Assembly (NCBI GenBank): GCA_900617105.1
Contig: UYFQ01000046.1
Location: 1 to 64,000 of the forward strand
Source: Hydrurus foetidus
Lineage: Eukaryota
Direction of reading: 5' to 3'
Length of the DNA: 64,000 bases
Shown here: positions 26,024 through 37,039 of the stretch, piece after piece
How positions within the stretch are numbered: the first letter of the stretch is position 1
Layout of the letters: each line of letters starts with the position of its first letter
Notes under the pieces: generated by a model
What the model was told of the DNA's origin: nothing
Database searches by the model: none
The model's input: the letters and a program-made list of their open reading frames with translations, nothing else
Made by a program: the position numbers and the translations under genes

Positions 26024-28581
26024 ATGAAGCCATATGACGTTCACGTAGACTATTGCACTTTTATGGTAGCTATAGTCATGTCCAGAATCATAATAGACGA
26101 GGATGATATCGGCCGTCAGTGGTGTGCAGAGGAATTAAGCGAAAAATTGAATATAATGCCGTGGAGTGATATTGCAGATTTCTATGTTGATTCGATTGCC
26201 CTCAAGCATGGTCTGTGCATCTTTAAAAAGCTAATACAAAACAGAGGAGTCAATACAATTGAAGTTTTTAAGGAAGATAGAGGACTTTCTACGTACTACA
26301 ATCTTCGAAAAAGTCGACGAAGTGTTGAATTAAAATTTATTACATGTAGACCGATCAACGAAGTATCGACATCAAATAACATCCTGAACGACATCATCCG
26401 CCTCCGAGATGAAATTGCGAAGCAATACAAATATGAAAAATCAATTCATTGTACTCCATCGTCCGTTTTTGTTGCAATACATTTGCCACAGGCATTTAAA
26501 GTGCTTAAAATAAGACCTGCACAAATAAGAAAATCTCCGTCAGAATTGTGTAGAAGAAGTATAAGCAATAATTCCAAAAAAGTATTAGAATCCGTTGAGA
26601 AAGAGTACGGCGAAGAGCATGCAGCATTTTATTTAAATGGGGCCATAGAAAAGTCAGAAACAAAGAAAAGGAAAATTAGTGCTGCATTAATTGATGATAA
26701 CCATGTTAATAACGACGACTCTGAAATTAGTTCCGACGAAGAATCCGACTACAATTTATTAGATGACTACGAGGAGAATAACATGCATCATTGTGCTGAT
26801 TTGGATAAGGACGAAAGAGTGCTAAGTGCATTTCGTGAGCTACCCCTAAAAAAAGTAACATATGATGAAAAGGATCGGGATAACATTCTAAATATATTTA
26901 ATATTATTCTTTCATTAGCGATGGAAAGAGATTATAAACGCCCCACTCGCACTGCAGCAGAAGCAGCTTCGAAGTTACTAGGCACCAGAACATACTATTC
27001 TCAAATATCAGCTCGCACTATTTTGCGCTGGCATGAGCATAGAGATAAAATCAACGATAGAACAGGGAAAAAAGTTAATGTGGAATTTGAATCAGATATA
27101 TGGGGAAAATTAATGCTTTGTGTATTTGAAAAGGTGAGAAGCGTTATCTTATATAAACGGTATAAAATAATGCAATTGACCTCTAAATGATACTCTTTAA
27201 TCAATTTAATTAGGATGCAGTCGTGAGAATAATTGTAAATGTCACATACTCTTACGCTATTATCATCACAGCGGCTAAATGCGCTCGGCAAGATGAAAAA
27301 TATGTCAATGAAAAAATTATTAAAAATTTAAATTTCTCGCACAAATGGGTAAAAGGATTTCTTAAAAGAGGTGGACTTAGAAGGAGAAAAATCACTAGAG
27401 AAGACAAGGCTACACCCACAGATGAAGAAATCAGACGTATATTGAAAATTGGACAAGATATCTACATTAATAAAGGCCACAATGCGGACACATGTTTCAA
27501 TTTTGACGAAACTGCATTTACCTATGCAATAGGGCCCACCCACATTTTTTGTCCCGGGGATCAACAGCGGGCGACCAATATCGGTATTTCAAATGATAAG
27601 CTGCGAATTACAGCGGTCATCGCAGTGAACGGAAATGGGATATTTGCACCACTAATGTTGATCATTAAGCACACAATAAGCTCGGATGTAAGACCTGATC
27701 AAACAAGAATGAGAGTAATACACGAATTATTCAAAAAGGAAGGTTACAGAAATTCAGATGGGTGGTCAATAGAAATATGGCAAAAGGAGTTAACAATAAA
27801 AAATGTAACGGCAATTCACAAGTGTACTTACATTATTCATGAATTATCCGGAAATGTTATCACGAGCCAGTGTAAAGCCTGGAATGATACGGTCAGAATG
27901 GTGATGTGGTATGAATTAGTTATGCATCCAATCAGAATAAAATTAGGTAAAATGCTTCTCTGGTGTGACAATTGTGGAAGTCATAGAACCAGCAGCGTTA
28001 GAGATACAATAGTAGAAACAGACATTGATGTAGCATTCCTTCCACCAAATATGACGTCGGAATTACAGGTCCTAGATCTCATAGTAAATGGACCTATCAA
28101 ATCTCATGTTAAGACCAAAAGGGCTGAAAGATTATACGATAGCTTTCAAATATACAAAGCAGAAAGAATGGCTGATTTGGCATTGCAAATGAATCAGCGA
28201 AAAAATCCGGATTTCGTTCCACCGAGACCGTCAATGACCGAGGGAATGCAAGATCTAATCTTGTTATTCGACAATCAATTCAAAGATCAGAAATTTAGAA
28301 ATTGCATCAATGCATCCTTTATCAGTACAGGCACATTACCCTACAATTCTGAGGAAGACACTTCAAATGAGAATTTTAAGATGTATGAGAAATCTCACTC
28401 AAGCGGCACATTACCTATTGTACCACAAGGAACGATTGAGCTCGATGACTCAGTAGAAGATGACAGTGAAACTCAACAGGATGCAATTGAGAGAGCTCTA
28501 TTTCTGTATTTCGTTGAAAATAATGAGTGTGACGAAGAAGAAGATTCCGGTGTCGACACATACGAAGAAGATTCTTCATGA
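26024..28581 (+). CDS. DDE_1/pogo-type DD35D transposase with a long N-terminal extension (about 825 aa; intron 27134-27213)
   Basis: A phase-0 GT-AG intron joins the two ORFs. HTH-like FSHKWVKGFLKR and catalytic FDET / CDNCGSH / LQVLD, with 35 residues between D2 and D3. Further 5' exons cannot be excluded. Confidence 0.88.
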
Positions 28582-28687
28582 AAGAACAAATGAATAAATA
28601 AAATAAGTTACGTTAGAACACTCTGTTTAGTTTGTAAATTAGAGAATTTAAATTGCATTAGTTCGGTACACATTGCTCAACTGGTAA

Positions 28688-29229
28688 TCAATTTAGTTTG
28701 GAAGGGTTTAATCCAGAAGCATGAAGGAAATCAAAAAGAGAATCTGTCCATAGATCTGAGTTTACTGTATACACTATGACAAAGAGTTGATAACCTTCGC
28801 ATGTGTGATTTGTGCATGACTCTAATCTACAAGCAAACGTAAAACCCACATCATACATATTGTACTCAGTTTGATTCCGAGTACCGCCATCCATCAGCGG
28901 CGCTAATATCTTCGCATGCATCCTATCTAGATTCCCCACTCTCTCCCCAGGTATGTATGAATTCGGCTCGATACAAGGCTTTTCCGCTGGAGTCATAATA
29001 CAAATGCAATTTGGATCTAAAGAAAAACCAAACAGAAATAAACCGCGTCAACTGTAGTTATGATATCTCATGCACAGCTGTGAGCAGCAGAAGAATATAA
29101 TCATTCGTCACCTTTCAAATTATCTGGATCCCTCTTCAACAATAGCTCAATGTCCCCAGCAAGTTTTATTGTCTTCCTCAATGCGAAAAGACCTTTTCCA
29201 GTTGATCGAAATTCAATCATGGCTCTCAT
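28688..29229 (-). CDS. Stand-alone HIRAN-like domain protein (148 aa; intron 29111-29017) inside transposon A
   Basis: Spliced product MRAMIEFRSTGKGLFALRKTIKLAGDIELLLKRDPDNLK-DPNCICIM...PGERVGNLDRMHAKILAPLMD fits the HIRAN pattern L.REP.N..D.NAI.V...G..IG......A..LAPL.D. Confidence 0.75.
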
Positions 29230-29971
29230 CCTGGATAATTTGAAGTGATAGCTTATCAGAGCAATTCGTTGAAACGCGGTCAATATATTGATTTTTTCAA
29301 GAGTCAAAGAACATGCCATCGAAATCTCTGACGGTATTATGCACTGCAACGTTACCTTTGAAGCTGTTGAAGAGATGCCTTCTATTGGATTGATCTGGAC
29401 TACCGCAGTCTCTATCTTTTGAACGACTTATTGCGCGAGGTCAAAAATTGTCGATCCCAAATTGGCGGCTCGAACACCTTGTCGTCGCAAATTCTCCGAC
29501 CTGAATCTGTCGTCCACAAGGAGATATTCTATTGTATCTGAAGTTGGTCTGTAAATGGATGATGTTGCTCAAGATGAATCGAATTTCCACTTTTTCGTGT
29601 GACACCACTGAAACGGAATACAATTAAAGAGGCACTTGACGGTATACTGACGGAATAACAGATTCTAGTGAATCGGATTATTTTAACTGAAATCGCACCA
29701 AAAAAATTCAGTAGAAAAAAAAAAAAAAAAAAATTTTTTGTTGAAAAAATAATTTTTTTTCTCTCCATGAAAAAGTTGAGAGTGCGTTCGGTATCTTTCG
29801 CTTTTCATTACAGTGGATTGGAAAATACAACGTATTACAAATACCCACTGGATTCATGGGTCCAGTGGATGATGAATTACATTGCTCGCCGAACACATTT
29901 GATCGACATGACTATCGAACAACATCACTACAGCACAATAAGATAATCGACACACTTCGCTGCTGCACAAC

Positions 29972-31138
29972 ATGGATGAGATTGGTATTTGCGGTGTCGA
30001 CACCATCTCTCTCGCAGCTCTTGTTCTTCTGGGAGAAACTGAGCAACGTCGGCAACCAGTTCCGCAACACAACTCAGTGCTGACTGGGAAAATCTATCTA
30101 CAGGAGCTGCTTGAGACAGAAAGCGCAGCACGCTTCAAGAGTGTTACGAGGATGGATAAACCAACATTCCAGATTTTGCTGTTACTGTTGGAGACTCACG
30201 GAGGATTCGTCGATTCGAAGTATGTTTCAGCGGGTGAAAAACTATTGGCATTTATTCTCGTCCTGACAGGCAACTCGAATAGGGAAATCAATGAAAGATG
30301 GCAGCATTCCGGTTCAACAATATCACTGCTAGTGCATGAACTTGCAGATACTTTCAAGAGATGTCAGCAACACTTTTGGTGCCCTGTGAAGAGAGACGAC
30401 CCAACGCAACCTGAAATCGCAGAGAACCCGAAGTTCGGCCCGTATTTCGCGAATTGTATCGGTGCTCTCGACGGCACTCACGTTCCAGCAATCGTCCCAC
30501 CTGCTGAGCAACGACCATTTAGAAATAGGAAGAAGCATTTGTCGCAGAATGTGCTAGCGGTTGCCAACTTCAATCAGACGTACAGTTATGCACTTGCAGG
30601 TTGGGAGGGCTCGGCGCACGATAGCCGAGTATTGAATGACGCGAAATTGAGAGGTCTTCCTCTTTTTCCCGGAAAGTATTATCTGGGAGATGCAGGATAC
30701 GCATTGTCTTGGCATGTATTGACTCCGTACAGAGGAGTGCGCTATCATCTCAAAGAGTGGAGAATAGGCCATGAGGGACCTCAGAATGCACGAGAACTTT
30801 TTAATCTTCGACATTCTTCCCTCAGGAACGTTATCGAGAGAATATTTGGTGTCGCTAAAAAACAATTTCCCATGCTTGTTGCCATGCAATCTTATCCGTT
30901 TGTCTTTCAATGTGACTTAATCTCATGCACATTCATGTTACGCAATTTCATTCGCACTCATCAACTTTATGACGATGATTTTAATGATGTACAGCTATAT
31001 AGCGATGTTCCTGATGATGATGATGTCGAAGAAGTTGAAATTGTTGGTAACGCAAATCAGCTGAATGCATGGAGGAACGGAATTGCTGATGCAATGTGGG
31101 AAGATTATTTAAATCATGTTAATGCAAATCAAGTTTGA
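29972..31138 (+). CDS. PIF/Harbinger (HARBI1-like, DDE_Tnp_4) transposase, 388 aa, uninterrupted
   Basis: Motifs CIGALDGTHVP, AGWEGSAHDSRV, YYLGDAGY, FNLRHSSLRNVIERIFG. Confidence 0.93.
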   Translation: MDEIGICGVDTISLAALVLLGETEQRRQPVPQHNSVLTGKIYLQELLETESAARFKSVTRMDKPTFQILLLLLETHGGFVDSKYVSAGEKLLAFILVLTGNSNREINERWQHSGSTISLLVHELADTFKRCQQHFWCPVKRDDPTQPEIAENPKFGPYFANCIGALDGTHVPAIVPPAEQRPFRNRKKHLSQNVLAVANFNQTYSYALAGWEGSAHDSRVLNDAKLRGLPLFPGKYYLGDAGYALSWHVLTPYRGVRYHLKEWRIGHEGPQNARELFNLRHSSLRNVIERIFGVAKKQFPMLVAMQSYPFVFQCDLISCTFMLRNFIRTHQLYDDDFNDVQLYSDVPDDDDVEEVEIVGNANQLNAWRNGIADAMWEDYLNHVNANQV

Positions 31139-31162
31139 TATTACAACAATGCACTTTTCATT

Positions 31163-32077
31163 TTACAACTCAAAGTTGGTCAAATCTAAACAACCTTTAA
31201 TGCTCTCGATGATTTCATCATCATCCTGAGACAGAAACATTTCATAGTTGTCTTTGAAGTACTTCTGGTACTTGAGCTTCTGAGAGGGGTTCAGGTTCGC
31301 TGAGTATTTGTTCTTGAAGATGTGAAACGCCTTTGACAAGTCGCTTTCTTTACCGTGCATGTCGATCAACTTTCTCTGATTCGCTACTATTTCTTCTAAA
31401 AACTTGTTCTTGGACTCTTCCGGCTTTTCTTTCCATTTTCTTCCCAGCGCTGGCAGTGGTTTGACGCCTGCAGTGGTTGAAGGGGCCGGCTTATCTTCCT
31501 CAGGCAACCTTGATTGCTTCTTTGATACATCATTAGTAAGGCTACAAAAGGGGTGCTTCTGTCCAGCGAGCGATAGGATTGATTTGCCGCTATCATCTTC
31601 AGAGGCCTCGCTCAACTCGATTGCACGCCTTTGAGATGGTGTCACTGGTACTGACGATTGCGCATACTTGCCAGTAGCGCTTTTACCAGTAAAGACGATA
31701 TCCAACTCGTCGTACGATTTCAGCGGCTTGTCACGAAACTGGATGGCTTTTGGGTGGGCTTTGCAGTAAGCATCCCAGACAGAATTAGCTGCTGTGGGTC
31801 CGTTCGTGATGGGGTCTACTCCAAATCCACTGTTGTCGAGCAAGGTGCTGTACATGACATACTGTGACTTGAGTACGCTGTAGTAGCTCTGACATTGTTG
31901 CTTGTTGAACTGTTTCCCTGAGGCTGCATTGAGGTCATCGACGATGTTCTTCCACGCTGCTTTTTTGAAGCCCGTGTCAACGAAGTTGCCTTGCTCTATT
32001 TCTCTCACCATTGCATTGATGAAGTAGCGTCGATTGTCATCGTTCCAATCTGCCTTGACGTTAATCTTCTCTGTCAT
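31163..32077 (-). CDS. Harbinger-associated Myb/SANT-like DNA-binding protein, 304 aa
   Basis: ADWNDD...GFKKAAWKNIVDDLN...KQQCQSYY...SGFG.D......A.NSVWDAY...HPKA..FR.KP...YDEL pattern. Confidence 0.88.
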   Translation of the reverse strand: MTEKINVKADWNDDNRRYFINAMVREIEQGNFVDTGFKKAAWKNIVDDLNAASGKQFNKQQCQSYYSVLKSQYVMYSTLLDNSGFGVDPITNGPTAANSVWDAYCKAHPKAIQFRDKPLKSYDELDIVFTGKSATGKYAQSSVPVTPSQRRAIELSEASEDDSGKSILSLAGQKHPFCSLTNDVSKKQSRLPEEDKPAPSTTAGVKPLPALGRKWKEKPEESKNKFLEEIVANQRKLIDMHGKESDLSKAFHIFKNKYSANLNPSQKLKYQKYFKDNYEMFLSQDDDEIIESIKGCLDLTNFEL

Positions 32078-32319
32078 CGTCGAATGTTAGTATGTCCAAG
32101 ATGTTGTATTGTAATGTGATGCAACACAGCTACGAAGCTACTTGGCGATTTGATGAGATCTACAAATCCAGCGAAAAATAGTTACTTCGGTAAGTTACTT
32201 CAAATCTCCAGGAGTTCTCAAACTTTTCTTGGGAAGTTATCTTCAGAATCTGAGTAACCTATTCAAATATCCTTAGAAAAGATTACTTCGTTGCAACCCT
32301 CATTCCTTCAACCCTCACT

Positions 32320-35300
32320 ATGTCCAACACTGTATTCGGCGTCGAAACATCTTTTGGGATTCATGTTCCAGACAGTCCAGCATCAACTGATTTAGGATCT
32401 GATGTTGACATCTCTACAGAGGAGGTTATTAATGATCCTTCTAACTCTGTAAAGAAGAAAGGTCGTGGAAAAGCCCTCAAATGGGAAGAACATTTAGTGG
32501 AGGATAAGACTGGGTTTATACTTTACCAGTCTCTTGGTGATGTAGTGCATGATGCAGCAATATCGGACTATTCAAAAGTCAGCTCAGTAGACTTGCAGTC
32601 TAAGTTTAAATGCAAATTCACTGGCTGCTCTTTTATGCGAAGATACGAGATGGATTCTTCCATTGGACAATACATTTTGTATTTCCATGGAGTTCACGAT
32701 CATACCGATCTTACGGCTCTCACCCCAGAAGCCCATATTGGACTTACTGGGGAGCAGAAATTATTAGTTCACGAGGCCATTGACCAAGAGAAAACGTCTT
32801 CGAGGAAGATACTGTCTTTTTTTCGTCTGAAGAGAGCTGCATCTTTACAAGATGGTGCTCTTCGTTTCCCAGATGATCCCGATATTGTGAAGTTGAATAA
32901 TTACATTCAAGCACATAAAAGGAAAAACTCGTCTATCTATAATCCATCGCCAAACGATTTGAAGCTTTGGTGTTGTCTCATGGGCCTATTGTTCGCGATT
33001 TGAGTAATGACGAAATCAATTCGAATATTCCGTTTGTTCTTATTTTATTATTATTAGACCGTGTATTATTCTAGATATCATGTGATACTTCCTATGCGTG
33101 ACCCATATTTAATACACGATATTTATTTTATAAGGACACATCGACATCTTTTAAGCCCCGATTCATAGCCGTCATATCAAGCTATAGATTGCTATATCAT
33201 AGCGTTGATAAAAATTCTCCTCTTGTCGATAACCGTAATTGCCTTCAAGCCGATGGTACTCATAAGACTAATATTCACGGATTCCCGGTGTGAATAGTAG
33301 GTGAGGGTAATGTGACTTACAAACTAAAATAAATTCTCGGGACCATTTTTACAGAAATTGATACTATCTACAATTAACATAAATGTTAGTCAGCATATTT
33401 ATCATCCTAAATAAATCTATACCTGAAAGAAATTAATTTTCTATTTTTACAGGTTCCTTTGATGTTGCACGAGTATTTCACACACTGGCTGTCGCTATAA
33501 GCACTCATGAAGACGCCGCGATGTTTGAATTTATCGGTAAGTAATTAATTTTTCATTAATTATATTGCAAGAAACGAAAAAATTCGGTTGATTCACTTAC
33601 TCATAATTTTATGTGCGATGTACCCCTTTTATATTATAATTTTGATTTTTACCGTTTTTTAATTCTGTTTTTTTTCAATCATAAGATATCAAAACTCGCA
33701 ATACCTTAAATTGATTTTAATATTACCCAGGAAAGTGTCTTGAGAAATACATTCCTCATTTCAAGCCCAAAAAACTTATGAGTGATGCTGCAGCGGCAAT
33801 ATTCAATGGTTTATCCAAAGTATTCCCCGACATGCTTCCCGGAAAATGCTTCTTTCACATGATGAAAAGCATGAGATAACGTCCCTATTCTGACGAAAAA
33901 TCGAAGAACATTTTCTGAAAAGATTTAAAATCTCTATCGAAGTCGCATAGTCAGAACCACTTCGACGCATCCTTCGCACTATTTTTAACAAAATACAGAA
34001 TCAATCAAAACGTGTCAATCATAAATGCTTTACAATATGTTGAAAAATTTTGGTTAACACCGCCCAATATAGGATGGCACTCTGGTTTACTTCCTGGTAC
34101 TGTGACGACTAATAATGGTGTTGAAGTTATAAATCGAATTTTCAAGAAAGATTTAAGAGGTACTTTTTGTATTCTGTATTTTGTACAGCACCAGGGACGA
34201 CCTTATCGATTTCTGTTTTTGAGGAATCCCTGTTTACATTTATTATGTAATTTTTATCATTAAAATTTATCTAGAAAATTGATATTCACATAAAAAAACA
34301 TTAACATTACGTTACATTTTAGGTGATTTAGTAAGCGGGACTGAGTGCTTAGATTACATTTCAAAATTCGTCAACAACGAATCAATAACAAGTTCTGAAA
34401 ATAACGCGAATTTTAAGAAATATTCGTATATTCCGAAAGTTAATATAAAGGTGTGGTCGACTGCCTCGTCTTTAGCGAGCAACGAGCGCATTAAGACTTT
34501 GAAGCCAACGTTAGTAAGTAAACAATACATTATGTTTACGCCAGAAAAAATAATGAACGATCTCAAATCCTTAAAAATAATAACTAACAGCAACACAAAT
34601 AGCTTCATCAGTTGGATGTCAAGACAATATTATAGTGAATGCGTGCGTATAGTAAGCCCTCTTCCGTCTGATTTGGTCAGTTTTAGATCAGGAAGTTACA
34701 GTTGCACTTGTCGTACCTATATGGATGAGTATGACTGCGAACATGCATTGGCCATTTCCATCATTAGAAATAGGGTTGCCACTTCCATCAGCATGGATTT
34801 GCCAATGGGACAGAGAAAGGGCCCTGGTCGTCCTAAAAAAGCTGTTAAAGGAGCACTAAATTATCAAAACGTCGAAGTCACCAAACTCGATGTAATTGAA
34901 GCGGAAGTTACGGACCAATTGAAAGAGTCTTCCACCGTTCGAAGTACTGAAGGTAATAGTGATTTTTATTATTAAGGCTTCGTACACTAAAATTGAATAA
35001 ATTTTTTTTTAATTTTTTTGTGTAGGAATCATCAACGTGTCTGAGAGTGACACAAATGAAGGAATATTCCGATTAACAAAAGAATTTGTTTGGGCTAATC
35101 AATCTTGTTCCTACGATAGCTTATTGACGTCCTTACTGTTTATATACAGCACTGACAATGATTCGAATAAAAAACTTTTAGAATCAACAGTCCCCGGTTT
35201 ATCAGTTGCCTTCGACGATCTACTAGATGATAAAATAAATCCGGGGGTGATAAAGGAAAATATATTAAACGAGTATTTTTTGCAGTCGGATCAAATCTGA

Positions 35301-35880
35301 CACGTGGAGTTCACGAATCTGTAGACAAAATTTTCGCTCATTTAATGGGATTTTGTACTATACAGGTACAGGGTGATCAATATTTCCAAACACAATACGA
35401 TCTTAAAAGGACATGCACCAATCCAGAATGCATTAGTGAAAAGGATGTAATAGTTATTTCAGCAATGAAAAATTATATTCTTTTCTTTGAAAATATGGAG
35501 TGTACAGATAGCATAAACTCAAAGATAGATGAAGTACTGCATAGCAAAGTGCGTAATTACAGATGCGAGGAATGCGCAGTGCATTTAAAAGAAGAGTATT
35601 TTAGAACAAGCACCCCTCATATTCTAACAGTCCATCTTAGTCAACATGTTTTCGATTATCCAATTGATGAGGAAGTGGAGGTTGGTGGTCAGCAGTATGA
35701 ACTCAAGAGTGTAATATATTTTGGTGAGGCGCATTTCATTTGCCGATTCTATCATAATAAAACTGTTTAAGAATATGATGGAAATGCCAGAAATGGTCTC
35801 ATCCATGAAATAAATGAATTTAATCCATTCAGATTCATCATAAAAGACGCAAACAAAAATGCGCGAAGAGGCATGACAAT
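32320..35880 (+). pseudogene. Multi-exon Mutator-like (MULE) transposase with WRKY-like Zn finger, DDE core, SWIM finger, AT-hook and C-terminal USP-like cysteine peptidase domain; disrupted
   Basis: CKFTGC...HDH; QADGTHKTNIHGFP (about 33245-33290); LMSDAA and CFFH (33775-33860); TNNGVE; CTC..YMDEYDCEH; GPGRPKK; NQSCSYDS; YELKSVIYFGEAHF. Stops at 33291 and 35768 plus frameshifts. Confidence 0.8.
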
Positions 35881-36171
35881 ATTCTACAGGAAAAACTATA
35901 TTCAATGAACCAATACTCAGTGTTTGATACCTTAACTATAAAGTTGTAAGTCAACGATGCCATTGATTCATCCTGCGTTAAGGAGGATTAAGTGTATTTA
36001 GTACGAATATACTCTTATTAAGTTTTTCATTCAGCAATGTGTAAATAATTAATTGTCATCGAAATAACTCATGAGCTGTCTTATGTTGCTGAAGTACTTC
36101 ATCATCATTCTATTTACAAATAAATGCGATCAGTGATTGATGGTTAGAAAGACAAGACTGAACGTACGTCG

Positions 36172-36952
36172 CGTACTTACACATGTTAGTGCATACTCAT
36201 TTATGCATACGTACACACATGTACTTACACATGTACGTACATAGTCAATTTGTACGTACGTACGTACGCCCGCACGCATGTAGCATAGCGTACACTTGTA
36301 TGGTCACGTACACACGTACGTGCACATGTTGGTACAAATTAGTATATGCATACGTACACACACGTACACACACGTACTTACACATGTATGTACATATCTA
36401 ATATGTACGTATGTACGATCGCCTATAGCGTAGTACATAGATGTATAGGCGTACATACGTAAGTACTCCTGTACTTGCGCATGTACGTTCTTATACATAC
36501 ACATGCATACGTACTCCTATAATATCGCCATATAGCAGTTAGTACTCACGCGTGTACGTTCATATACATATACACGCATACGTACCCCTGTACTATCGCC
36601 ATGTATCAGTTAGTACGAACCCTCTGACCTCACGCAAATGAACGTTCGCCTTTCATGATTCTTCAGTATCGCCAAAACACTTCGTTACTATAAGCATTCA
36701 TGCAACGTTCCTCAAGCACATGCTATGAACAACACATCTCGCTGTGAACTTTGTCTCAAGGTAGTTTCATTGTCATGAACTGTTTCGATAGCTCTTTTGC
36801 GTGGCTATCTGTAAACTCTAATCAGAATTTAATACGTTGTACTTCACAGCTTCGTCTACTCGATAGCTCACTGAATTGAGACAGTAGCCTGCAGCTGCTT
36901 CTCCACCTTCGCTGCGAACGCTAGAAGGTGACATCTTGTATTTAGTCTTACA
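36172..36952 (+). repeat. Copia copy 2 5' LTR, lacking its first 155 bp or so
   Basis: Match to the 3' LTR starts only at CGTACTTAC (equivalent to 43897). Ends in CA, followed by PBS TGGTAGCGA. Confidence 0.88.
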
Positions 36953-37039
36953 TGGTAGCGATTGTTTATAGTGATTAAACGATTGCCGTGGATTCCAGGA
37001 TTCTGAATTTCCTTCCTCAACTTTCAGAACCCTGCAATC

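Larger units (their letters stand above)
25613..29642 (+). mobile_element. pogo-type (Tc1/mariner superfamily) DNA transposon A, 4,030 bp, two genes
   Basis: Perfect 29-bp TIRs CCGTCAAGTGCCTCTTTAATTGTATTCCG (25613-25641 / 29614-29642), each flanked by TA. Confidence 0.93.
29972..32077. mobile_element. PIF/Harbinger transposon coding unit (termini not resolved)
   Basis: Convergent transposase and Myb/SANT-like ORFs 24 bp apart, the standard two-gene layout of this superfamily. Confidence 0.85.

Noticed and set aside
29776..32301. Candidate Harbinger TIRs GAGTGCGTTCGG (left) and TTCGTTGCAACCC (right)
   Set aside because: They are not reverse complements of each other and have no matching TSD.
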